From the NCBI GenBank assembly GCA_002269645.1, contig NIVC01002625.1, forward strand, positions 1 through 59,108: a DNA stretch of 59,108 nt, in the 5' to 3' direction. This document shows, one piece after another, positions 53,301 through 59,108 of this stretch. The translations under genes and the position numbers were made by a program. A model generated the notes under the pieces. That model ran no database searches and was not told where the DNA came from. It was given only the letters and a program-made list of their open reading frames with translations. The stretch is from Macrostomum lignano (taxonomy: Eukaryota). How positions within the stretch are numbered: the first letter of the stretch is position 1; every line of letters begins with the position of its first letter.

Positions 53301-54911
53301 CTTCTTCTTCGCCTCTTCCTCAACGGCCTCGAAGAAGTGCTTCTTCTCCTCTCGCCGCCAGAGCTCTTCCTCCCTAGCCAGTGCTGGTGGTACACGCTCC
53401 TCCTCGAAGTGGGCCGCCTCCTCCTCCCAGCTGACGCACTCTTCCGCGTACACGTACATCTTGTCGAAGGCTTCGTGCTCCTGCAACAAGCCTCGCTCAT
53501 CAGGCACTGGCAGGTCGGCTTCTTCTGCGGATGGCTTCTTCTTCGCCTCTTCCTCAACGGCCTCGAAGAAGTGCTTCTTCTCCTCTCGCCGCCAGAGCTC
53601 TTCCTCCCTAGCCAGTGCTGGTGGTACACGCTCCTCCTCGAAGTGGGCCGCCTCCTCCTCCCAGCTGACGCACTCTTCCGCGTACACGTACATCTTGTCG
53701 AAGGCTTCGTGCTCCTGCAACAAGCCTCGCTCATCAGGCACTGGCAGGTCGGCTTCTTCTGCGGATGGCTTCTTCTTCGCCTCTTCCTCAACGGCCTCGA
53801 AGAAGTGCTTCTTCTCCTCTCGCCGCCAGAGCTCTTCCTCCCTAGCCAGTGCTGGTGGTACACGCTCCTCCTCGAAGTGGGCCGCCTCCTCCTCCCAGCT
53901 GACGCACTCTTCCGCGTACACGTACATCTTGTCGAAGGCTTCGTGCTCCTGCAACAAGCCTCGCTCATCAGGCACTGGCAGGTCGGCTTCTTCTGCGGAT
54001 GGCTTCTTCTTCGCCTCTTCCTCAACGGCCTCGAAGAAGTGCTTCTTCTCCTCTCGCCGCCAGAGCTCTTCCTCCCTAGCCAGTGCTGGTGGTACACGCT
54101 CCTCCTCGAAGTGGGCCGCCTCCTCCTCCCAGCTGACGCACTCTTCCGCGTACACGTACATCTTGTCGAAGGCTTCGTGCTCCTGCAACAAGCCTCGCTC
54201 ATCAGGCACTGGCAGGTCGGCTTCTTCTGCGGATGGCTTCTTCTTCGCCTCTTCCTCAACGGCCTCGAAGAAGTGCTTCTTCTCCTCTCGCCGCCAGAGC
54301 TCTTCCTCCCTAGCCAGTGCTGGTGGTACACGCTCCTCCTCGAAGTGGGCCGCCTCCTCCTCCCAGCTGACGCACTCTTCCGCGTACACGTACATCTTGT
54401 CGAAGGCTTCGTGCTCCTGCAACAAGCCTCGCTCATCAGGCACTGGCAGGTCGGCTTCTTCTGCGGATGGCTTCTTCTTCGCCTCTTCCTCAACGGCCTC
54501 GAAGAAGTGCTTCTTCTCCTCTCGCCGCCAGAGCTCTTCCTCCCTAGCCAGTGCTGGTGGTACACGCTCCTCCTCGAAGTGGGCCGCCTCCTCCTCCCAG
54601 CTGACGCACTCTTCCGCGTACACGTACATCTTGTCGAAGGCTTCGTGCTCCTGCAACAAGCCTCGCTCATCAGGCACTGGCAGGTCGGCTTCTTCTGCGG
54701 ATGGCTTCTTCTTCGCCTCTTCCTCAACGGCCTCGAAGAAGTGCTTCTTCTCCTCTCGCCGCCAGAGCTCTTCCTCCCTAGCCAGTGCTGGTGGTACACG
54801 CTCCTCCTCGAAGTGGGCCGCCTCCTCCTCCCAGCTGACGCACTCTTCCGCGTACACGTACATCTTGTCGAAGGCTTCGTGCTCCTGCAACAAGCCTCGC
54901 TCATCAGGCAC
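38037..54911 (-). CDS. Putative giant Glu-rich repetitive protein region (78-aa repeat), 5' partial; the frame probably continues to the window end
   Basis: 5624-codon ORF of PDERGLLQEHEAFDKMYVYAEECVSWEEEAAHFEEERVPPALAREEELWRREEKKHFFEAVEEEAKKKPSAEEADLPV repeats. This frame is chosen from four open ones by helical, protein-like composition, GAG/AAG preference (16 of 22 Glu GAG; 6 of 6 Lys AAG), and same strand and character as array 1. Between-unit variation is too scarce for a selection test. Confidence 0.65.
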   Translation of the reverse strand: MPDERGLLQEHEAFDKMYVYAEECVSWEEEAAHFEEERVPPALAREEELWRREEKKHFFEAVEEEAKKKPSAEEADLPVPDERGLLQEHEAFDKMYVYAEECVSWEEEAAHFEEERVPPALAREEELWRREEKKHFFEAVEEEAKKKPSAEEADLPVPDERGLLQEHEAFDKMYVYAEECVSWEEEAAHFEEERVPPALAREEELWRREEKKHFFEAVEEEAKKKPSAEEADLPVPDERGLLQEHEAFDKMYVYAEECVSWEEEAAHFEEERVPPALAREEELWRREEKKHFFEAVEEEAKKKPSAEEADLPVPDERGLLQEHEAFDKMYVYAEECVSWEEEAAHFEEERVPPALAREEELWRREEKKHFFEAVEEEAKKKPSAEEADLPVPDERGLLQEHEAFDKMYVYAEECVSWEEEAAHFEEERVPPALAREEELWRREEKKHFFEAVEEEAKKKPSAEEADLPVPDERGLLQEHEAFDKMYVYAEECVSWEEEAAHFEEERVPPALAREEELWRREEKKHFFEAVEEEAKKKPSAEEADLPVPDERGLLQEHEAFDKMYVYAEECVSWEEEAAHFEEERVPPALAREEELWRREEKKHFFEAVEEEAKKKPSAEEADLPVPDERGLLQEHEAFDKMYVYAEECVSWEEEAAHFEEERVPPALAREEELWRREEKKHFFEAVEEEAKKKPSAEEADLPVPDERGLLQEHEAFDKMYVYAEECVSWEEEAAHFEEERVPPALAREEELWRREEKKHFFEAVEEEAKKKPSAEEADLPVPDERGLLQEHEAFDKMYVYAEECVSWEEEAAHFEEERVPPALAREEELWRREEKKHFFEAVEEEAKKKPSAEEADLPVPDERGLLQEHEAFDKMYVYAEECVSWEEEAAHFEEERVPPALAREEELWRREEKKHFFEAVEEEAKKKPSAEEADLPVPDERGLLQEHEAFDKMYVYAEECVSWEEEAAHFEEERVPPALAREEELWRREEKKHFFEAVEEEAKKKPSAEEADLPVPDERGLLQEHEAFDKMYVYAEECVSWEEEAAHFEEERVPPALAREEELWRREEKKHFFEAVEEEAKKKPSAEEADLPVPDERGLLQEHEAFDKMYVYAEECVSWEEEAAHFEEERVPPALAREEELWRREEKKHFFEAVEEEAKKKPSAEEADLPVPDERGLLQEHEAFDKMYVYAEECVSWEEEAAHFEEERVPPALAREEELWRREEKKHFFEAVEEEAKKKPSAEEADLPVPDERGLLQEHEAFDKMYVYAEECVSWEEEAAHFEEERVPPALAREEELWRREEKKHFFEAVEEEAKKKPSAEEADLPVPDERGLLQEHEAFDKMYVYAEECVSWEEEAAHFEEERVPPALAREEELWRREEKKHFFEAVEEEAKKKPSAEEADLPVPDERGLLQEHEAFDKMYVYAEECVSWEEEAAHFEEERVPPALAREEELWRREEKKHFFEAVEEEAKKKPSAEEADLPVPDERGLLQEHEAFDKMYVYAEECVSWEEEAAHFEEERVPPALAREEELWRREEKKHFFEAVEEEAKKKPSAEEADLPVPDERGLLQEHEAFDKMYVYAEECVSWEEEAAHFEEERVPPALAREEELWRREEKKHFFEAVEEEAKKKPSAEEADLPVPDERGLLQEHEAFDKMYVYAEECVSWEEEAAHFEEERVPPALAREEELWRREEKKHFFEAVEEEAKKKPSAEEADLPVPDERGLLQEHEAFDKMYVYAEECVSWEEEAAHFEEERVPPALAREEELWRREEKKHFFEAVEEEAKKKPSAEEADLPVPDERGLLQEHEAFDKMYVYAEECVSWEEEAAHFEEERVPPALAREEELWRREEKKHFFEAVEEEAKKKPSAEEADLPVPDERGLLQEHEAFDKMYVYAEECVSWEEEAAHFEEERVPPALAREEELWRREEKKHFFEAVEEEAKKKPSAEEADLPVPDERGLLQEHEAFDKMYVYAEECVSWEEEAAHFEEERVPPALAREEELWRREEKKHFFEAVEEEAKKKPSAEEADLPVPDERGLLQEHEAFDKMYVYAEECVSWEEEAAHFEEERVPPALAREEELWRREEKKHFFEAVEEEAKKKPSAEEADLPVPDERGLLQEHEAFDKMYVYAEECVSWEEEAAHFEEERVPPALAREEELWRREEKKHFFEAVEEEAKKKPSAEEADLPVPDERGLLQEHEAFDKMYVYAEECVSWEEEAAHFEEERVPPALAREEELWRREEKKHFFEAVEEEAKKKPSAEEADLPVPDERGLLQEHEAFDKMYVYAEECVSWEEEAAHFEEERVPPALAREEELWRREEKKHFFEAVEEEAKKKPSAEEADLPVPDERGLLQEHEAFDKMYVYAEECVSWEEEAAHFEEERVPPALAREEELWRREEKKHFFEAVEEEAKKKPSAEEADLPVPDERGLLQEHEAFDKMYVYAEECVSWEEEAAHFEEERVPPALAREEELWRREEKKHFFEAVEEEAKKKPSAEEADLPVPDERGLLQEHEAFDKMYVYAEECVSWEEEAAHFEEERVPPALAREEELWRREEKKHFFEAVEEEAKKKPSAEEADLPVPDERGLLQEHEAFDKMYVYAEECVSWEEEAAHFEEERVPPALAREEELWRREEKKHFFEAVEEEAKKKPSAEEADLPVPDERGLLQEHEAFDKMYVYAEECVSWEEEAAHFEEERVPPALAREEELWRREEKKHFFEAVEEEAKKKPSAEEADLPVPDERGLLQEHEAFDKMYVYAEECVSWEEEAAHFEEERVPPALAREEELWRREEKKHFFEAVEEEAKKKPSAEEADLPVPDERGLLQEHEAFDKMYVYAEECVSWEEEAAHFEEERVPPALAREEELWRREEKKHFFEAVEEEAKKKPSAEEADLPVPDERGLLQEHEAFDKMYVYAEECVSWEEEAAHFEEERVPPALAREEELWRREEKKHFFEAVEEEAKKKPSAEEADLPVPDERGLLQEHEAFDKMYVYAEECVSWEEEAAHFEEERVPPALAREEELWRREEKKHFFEAVEEEAKKKPSAEEADLPVPDERGLLQEHEAFDKMYVYAEECVSWEEEAAHFEEERVPPALAREEELWRREEKKHFFEAVEEEAKKKPSAEEADLPVPDERGLLQEHEAFDKMYVYAEECVSWEEEAAHFEEERVPPALAREEELWRREEKKHFFEAVEEEAKKKPSAEEADLPVPDERGLLQEHEAFDKMYVYAEECVSWEEEAAHFEEERVPPALAREEELWRREEKKHFFEAVEEEAKKKPSAEEADLPVPDERGLLQEHEAFDKMYVYAEECVSWEEEAAHFEEERVPPALAREEELWRREEKKHFFEAVEEEAKKKPSAEEADLPVPDERGLLQEHEAFDKMYVYAEECVSWEEEAAHFEEERVPPALAREEELWRREEKKHFFEAVEEEAKKKPSAEEADLPVPDERGLLQEHEAFDKMYVYAEECVSWEEEAAHFEEERVPPALAREEELWRREEKKHFFEAVEEEAKKKPSAEEADLPVPDERGLLQEHEAFDKMYVYAEECVSWEEEAAHFEEERVPPALAREEELWRREEKKHFFEAVEEEAKKKPSAEEADLPVPDERGLLQEHEAFDKMYVYAEECVSWEEEAAHFEEERVPPALAREEELWRREEKKHFFEAVEEEAKKKPSAEEADLPVPDERGLLQEHEAFDKMYVYAEECVSWEEEAAHFEEERVPPALAREEELWRREEKKHFFEAVEEEAKKKPSAEEADLPVPDERGLLQEHEAFDKMYVYAEECVSWEEEAAHFEEERVPPALAREEELWRREEKKHFFEAVEEEAKKKPSAEEADLPVPDERGLLQEHEAFDKMYVYAEECVSWEEEAAHFEEERVPPALAREEELWRREEKKHFFEAVEEEAKKKPSAEEADLPVPDERGLLQEHEAFDKMYVYAEECVSWEEEAAHFEEERVPPALAREEELWRREEKKHFFEAVEEEAKKKPSAEEADLPVPDERGLLQEHEAFDKMYVYAEECVSWEEEAAHFEEERVPPALAREEELWRREEKKHFFEAVEEEAKKKPSAEEADLPVPDERGLLQEHEAFDKMYVYAEECVSWEEEAAHFEEERVPPALAREEELWRREEKKHFFEAVEEEAKKKPSAEEADLPVPDERGLLQEHEAFDKMYVYAEECVSWEEEAAHFEEERVPPALAREEELWRREEKKHFFEAVEEEAKKKPSAEEADLPVPDERGLLQEHEAFDKMYVYAEECVSWEEEAAHFEEERVPPALAREEELWRREEKKHFFEAVEEEAKKKPSAEEADLPVPDERGLLQEHEAFDKMYVYAEECVSWEEEAAHFEEERVPPALAREEELWRREEKKHFFEAVEEEAKKKPSAEEADLPVPDERGLLQEHEAFDKMYVYAEECVSWEEEAAHFEEERVPPALAREEELWRREEKKHFFEAVEEEAKKKPSAEEADLPVPDERGLLQEHEAFDKMYVYAEECVSWEEEAAHFEEERVPPALAREEELWRREEKKHFFEAVEEEAKKKPSAEEADLPVPDERGLLQEHEAFDKMYVYAEECVSWEEEAAHFEEERVPPALAREEELWRREEKKHFFEAVEEEAKKKPSAEEADLPVPDERGLLQEHEAFDKMYVYAEECVSWEEEAAHFEEERVPPALAREEELWRREEKKHFFEAVEEEAKKKPSAEEADLPVPDERGLLQEHEAFDKMYVYAEECVSWEEEAAHFEEERVPPALAREEELWRREEKKHFFEAVEEEAKKKPSAEEADLPVPDERGLLQEHEAFDKMYVYAEECVSWEEEAAHFEEERVPPALAREEELWRREEKKHFFEAVEEEAKKKPSAEEADLPVPDERGLLQEHEAFDKMYVYAEECVSWEEEAAHFEEERVPPALAREEELWRREEKKHFFEAVEEEAKKKPSAEEADLPVPDERGLLQEHEAFDKMYVYAEECVSWEEEAAHFEEERVPPALAREEELWRREEKKHFFEAVEEEAKKKPSAEEADLPVPDERGLLQEHEAFDKMYVYAEECVSWEEEAAHFEEERVPPALAREEELWRREEKKHFFEAVEEEAKKKPSAEEADLPVPDERGLLQEHEAFDKMYVYAEECVSWEEEAAHFEEERVPPALAREEELWRREEKKHFFEAVEEEAKKKPSAEEADLPVPDERGLLQEHEAFDKMYVYAEECVSWEEEAAHFEEERVPPALAREEELWRREEKKHFFEAVEEEAKKKPSAEEADLPVPDERGLLQEHEAFDKMYVYAEECVSWEEEAAHFEEERVPPALAREEELWRREEKKHFFEAVEEEAKKKPSAEEADLPVPDERGLLQEHEAFDKMYVYAEECVSWEEEAAHFEEERVPPALAREEELWRREEKKHFFEAVEEEAKKKPSAEEADLPVPDERGLLQEHEAFDKMYVYAEECVSWEEEAAHFEEERVPPALAREEELWRREEKKHFFEAVEEEAKKKPSAEEADLPVPDERGLLQEHEAFDKMYVYAEECVSWEEEAAHFEEERVPPALAREEELWRREEKKHFFEAVEIKEKRRLGFTRLFERRRQDSTKSVKEAIRESCKLAGEELAARGEKTFRVRKRRRSRRRARPPSPDDGDERARRLQERSAIRRDQFSERLFRPRRGRATPTG

Positions 54912-57900
54912 TGGCAGGTCGGCTTCTTCTGCGGATGGCTTCTTCTTCGCCTCTTCCTCAACGGCCTCGAAGAAGTGCTTCTTCTCCTCTCGCCGCCAGA
55001 GCTCTTCCTCCTAGCCAGTGCTGGTGGTACACGCTCCTCCTCGAAGTGGGCCGCCTCCTCCTCCCAGCTGACGCACTCTTCCGCGTACACGTACATCTTG
55101 TCGAAGGCTTCGTGCTCCTGCAACAAGCCTCGCTCATCAGGCACTGGCAGGTCGGCTTTTCTGCGGATGGCTTCTTCTTCGCCTCTTCCTCAACGGCCTC
55201 GAAGAAGTGCTTCTTCTCCTCTCGCCGCCAGAGCTTTCTCCCTAGCCAGTGCTGGTGGTACACGTCTCTCGAAGTGGGCGCCTCCTCTCCAGCTGACGCA
55301 CTCTTCCGCGTACACGTACATCTTGTCGAAGGCTTCGTGCTCCTGCAACAAGCTCGCTCATCAGGCACTGGCAGGTCGGCTTCTTGCGGATGCTTCTTCT
55401 TGCCTCTTTCAACGGCTCGAAGAAGTGTTCTTTCCTCTCGCCGCCAGAGCTCTTCCTCCCTAGCCAGTGCTGGTGGTACACGCTCCTCCTCGAAGTGGGC
55501 CGCCTCCTCCTCCCAGCTGACGCACTCTTCCGCGTACACGTACATCTTGTCGAAGGCTTCGTGCTCCTGCAACAAGCCTCGTCATCAGGCACTGGCAGGT
55601 CGGCTTCTTCTGCGGATGGCTTCTTCTTCGCTCTCTCCTCAACGGCCTCGAAGAAGTGCTTTTTCCTCTCGCCGCCAGAGCTCTTCCTCCCTAGCCAGTG
55701 CTGGTGGTACACGCTCCTCTCGAAGTGGGCCGCCTCCTCCTCCAGCTGACGCACTCTTCGCGTACGTACATCTTGTCGAAGGCTCGTGCTCCTGCAACAA
55801 GCCTCGCTCATCAGGCACTGGCAGGTCGGCTTCTTCTGCGGATGGCTTCTTCTTCGCCTCTTCCTCAACGGCTCGAAGAAGTGCTCTTTCTTCTCGCCGC
55901 CAGAGCTCTTCCTCCCTAGCCAGTGCTGGTGGTACACGCTCCTCCTCGAAGTGGGCCGCCTCCTCTCCAGCTGACGCACTCTTCGCGTACAGTACATCTT
56001 GTCGAAGGCTTCGTGTCCTGCAACAAGCCTCGCTCATCAGGCACTGGCAGGTCGGCTTTTCTGCGGATGGCTTCTTTTCGCCTCTTCCTCAACGGCTCGA
56101 AGAAGTGCTTCTTCTCCTTCGCCGCCAGAGCTTTCCTCCCTAGCCAGTGCTGGTTACACGCTCCTCCTCGAAGTGGGCCGCTCTCCTCCAGCTGACGCAC
56201 TCTTCCGCGTACACGTAATCTTGTCGAAGGCTTCGTGCTCCTGCAACAAGCCTCGCTCATCAGGCACTGGCAGGTCGGCTTCTTCTGCGGATGGCTTCTT
56301 CTTCGCCTCTTCCTCAACGGCCTCGAAGAAGTGCTTCTTCTCTCTCGCCGCCAGAGCTCTTCCTCCTAGCCAGTGCTGGTGGTACACGCTCCTCCTCGAA
56401 GTGGGCCGCCTCCTCCTCCAGCTGACGCACTCTTCCGCGTACACGTACATCTTGTCGAAGGCTTCGTGCTCTGCAACAAGCCTCGCTCATCAGGCACTGG
56501 CAGGTCGGTTTTCTGCGGATGGCTTCTTCTTCGCCTCTTCCTCAACGGCTCGAAGAAGTGCTTCTTTCTCTCTCTCCGCCAGAGCTCTTCCTCCTAGCCA
56601 GTGCTGGTGGTACACGCTCTCTCGAAGTGGGCGCTCTCTCTCCCAGCTGACGCACTCTTCGCGTACACGTACATCTTGTCGAAGGTTCGTGCTCCTGCAA
56701 CAAGCCTCGCTCATCAGGCACTGGCAGGTCGGCTTCTTCTGATGGCGCCTCTTCCTCAACGGCCTCGAAGAAGTGCTTCTTCTCCTCTCGCCGCCAGAGC
56801 TCTCTCCCTAGCCAGTGCTGGTGGTACACGCTCCTCCTCGAAGTGGCCGCCTCCTCCTCCCAGCTGACGCACTCTTCGCGTACACGTAATCTTTGTCGAA
56901 GGCTTCGTGCTCCTGCAACAAGCTCGCTCATCAGGCACTGGCAGGTCGGCTTCTTCTGCGGATGGCTTCTTTTCGCTCTTCCTCAACGGCTCGAAGAAGT
57001 GCTTCTTCTCTCTCGCCAGAGCTCTTCCTCCCTAGCCAGTGCTGGTGGTACACGCCTCCTCGAAGTGGGCCGCCTCTCCTCCCAGCTGCACTCTTCCGCG
57101 TACACGTACATCTTGTCGAAGGCTTCGTGCTCCTGCAACAAGCCTCGCTCATCAGGCACTGGCAGGTCGGCTTCTTCTGCGGATGGCTTCTTTCTTCGCC
57201 TCTTCCTCAACGGCTCGAAGAAGTGCTTCTTCTCTCTCTCGCCGCCAGAGCTCTTCCTCCCTAGCCAGTGCTGGTGGTACACGCTCCTCCTCGAAGTGGG
57301 CGCCTCTCCTCCAGCTGACGCACTCTTCCGCGTACACGTACATCTTGTCGAAGGCTTCGTGCTCCTGCAAAAGCCTCGTCATCAGGCACTGGCAGGTCGG
57401 CTTCTTCTGCGGATGGCTTTCTTCTTCGCCTCTTCTCAACGGCTCGAAGAAGTGCTTCTTCTCTCTCGCCGCCAGAGCTCTTCCTCCCTAGCAGTGCTGG
57501 TGGTACACGCTCCTCCTCGAAGTGGGCGCCTCTCTCCAGCTGACGCACTCTTCGCGTACACGTACATCTTGTCGAAGGCTTCGTGCTCCTGCAACAAGCC
57601 TCGTCATCAGGCACTGGCAGGTCGGCTTCTTTGCGGATGGCTTCTTCTTCGCCTCTTCCTCAACGGCCTCGAAGAAGTGCTTCTTCTCCTCTCGCCGCCA
57701 GAGCTTTCCTCCCTAGCCAGTGCTGGTGTACACGCTCCTCTCGAAGTGGGCCGCCTCTCCTCCCAGCTGACGCACTCTTCGCGTACACGTACATCTTGTC
57801 GAAGGCTTCGTGCTCCTGCAACAAGCCTCGTCATCAGGCACTGGCAGGTCGGCTTCTTCTGCGGATGGCTTCTTCTTCGCCTCTTCCTCAACGGCCTCGA

Positions 57901-59108
57901 AGAAGTGCTTTTCTCCTCTCGCCGCCAGAGCTCTTCTCCTAGCCAGTGCTGGTGGTACACGCTCTCCTCGAAGTGGGCCGCCTCCTCCTCCAGCTGACGC
58001 ACTCTTCCGCGTACAGTACATCTTGTCGAAGCTTCGTGCTCCTGCAACAAGCCTCGCTCATCAGGCACTGGCAGGTCGGCTTCTTCTGCGGATGGCTTCT
58101 TCGCCTCTTCCTCAACGGCCTCGAAGAAGTGCTTCTTCTCTCTCGCCGCCAGAGCTCTTCCTCCTAGCCAGTGCTGGTGGTACACGCTCCTCCTCGAAGT
58201 GGGCCGCCTCCTCCTCCCAGCTGACGCACTCTTCGCGTACAGTACATCTTGTCGAAGGCTTCGTGCTCCTGAACAAGCTCGCTCATCAGGCACTGGCAGG
58301 TCGGCTTCTTCTGCGGATGGCTTCTTTTCGCCTCTTCCTCAACGGCCTCGAAGAAGTGCTTTTTCCTCTCGCGCCAGAGCTCTTCCTCCCTAGCAGTGCT
58401 GGTGGTACACGCTCCTCCTCGAAGTGGGCGCCTCCTCCCCAGCTGACGCACCTTTCGCGTACACGTACATCTTGTCGAAGGCTTCGTGCTCCTGCAACAA
58501 GCCTCGCTCATCAGGCACTGGCAGGTCGGCTTTTCTGCGGATGGTTCTTCTTCGCCTCTTCCTCAACGGCCTCGAAGAAGTGCTTCTTCTCCTCTCGCCG
58601 CCAGAGCTCTTCCTCCCTAGCCAGTGCTGTGTGGTACACGCTCCTCCTCGAAGTGGGCCGCCTCCTCTCCCAGCTGACGCACTCTTTCCGCGTACACGTA
58701 CATCTTGTCGAAGGCTTCGTGCTCCTGCAACAAGCCTCGCTCATCAGGCACTGGCAGGTCGGCTTCTTCTGCGGATGGCTTCTTCTTCGCCTCTTCCTCA
58801 ACGGCCTCGAAGAAGTGCTTCTTCTCTCTCGCCGCCAGAGCTCTTCCTCCTAGCCAGTGCTGGTGGTACACGCTCCTCCTCGAAGTGGGGCGCTCCTCCT
58901 CCCAGCTGACGCACTCTTCCGCGTACACGTACATCTTGTCGAAGGCTTCGTGCTCCTGCAACAAGCCTCGCTTCATCAGGCCACTGGCAGGTCGGCTTTC
59001 TTCTGCGGATGGCTTCTTTCTTCGCCTCTTCCTCAACGGCTCGAAGAAGTGCTTCTTCCTCTCGCGCGCCAGAGCTCTTCCTCCCTAGCCAGTGCTGGTG
59101 GTACACGC
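38345..59108. repeat. Tandem array 2: ~89 units of 234 bp, truncated by the window end
   Basis: cctcgaagaagtg recurs at 38351, 38585 and so on. No difference seen between units until the first 1-bp deletion at ~55010 (about 71 units). Manual unit count A32 C88 G53 T61, 60.3% GC. Units beyond 55010 carry scattered small deletions. Confidence 0.98.

Noticed and set aside
38351-55009. Leishmania K39-type kinesin repeat (234 bp = 2 x 117 bp)
   Set aside because: The two 39-aa halves do not match each other, and the sequence lacks the Gln/Ala-rich heptad character of K39. The length match is coincidental.
38269-55144. Ser-rich plus ORF and Arg/Ser/Cys-rich minus ORF; four of six frames open, suggesting overlapping genes
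   Set aside because: Only 78 codons per frame need to lack stops at 60% GC with few TA dinucleotides. The compositions are those expected from shifted or antisense E/K codons.
38091-55463. 5790-aa Leu-rich plus-strand ORF (apparent giant membrane protein)
   Set aside because: It is the antisense shadow of Glu/Lys codons (GAG/AAG give CTC/CTT). A single stop-free 78-codon unit is simply repeated, so its length is not evidence. Not formally excluded, because array 2 lacks variation to test.
1-59108. rRNA, tRNA, transposase/integrase, terminal inverted repeats, telomeric repeats, promoters
   Set aside because: No supporting motifs seen; almost all sequence is accounted for by the two units.

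Overview
The window is almost entirely two tandem repeat arrays, both reading as highly charged, protein-like sequence on the minus strand. Array 1 (1 to ~37.4 kb) has ~125-130 units of 297 bp (99 aa). It carries in-frame variants of 291 bp and 282 bp and a second 297-bp allele. Array 2 (~38.35 kb to the end) has ~89 units of 234 bp (78 aa); about 71 of them appear identical and give a >5,500-codon stop-free frame. A ~1-kb scrambled zone joins the arrays. No unique gene ends, RNA genes, mobile elements or CRISPR arrays are visible, and I recognise no named protein family. The best coding evidence is in array 1: all clean unit lengths are multiples of 3, and the variant units differ by synonymous and conservative changes in the E/R-rich minus frame. 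The leading hypothesis is one giant intronless repeat protein (up to ~19,700 aa within this window) or two adjacent related ones, with a constant-module/variable-cassette design in array 1. The main caveat is that both ends, the junction and most frameshifts look like long-read consensus artefacts, so copy numbers, unit order and the join need raw-read validation. The organism cannot be determined from the sequence; a eukaryotic microbe is only a guess.
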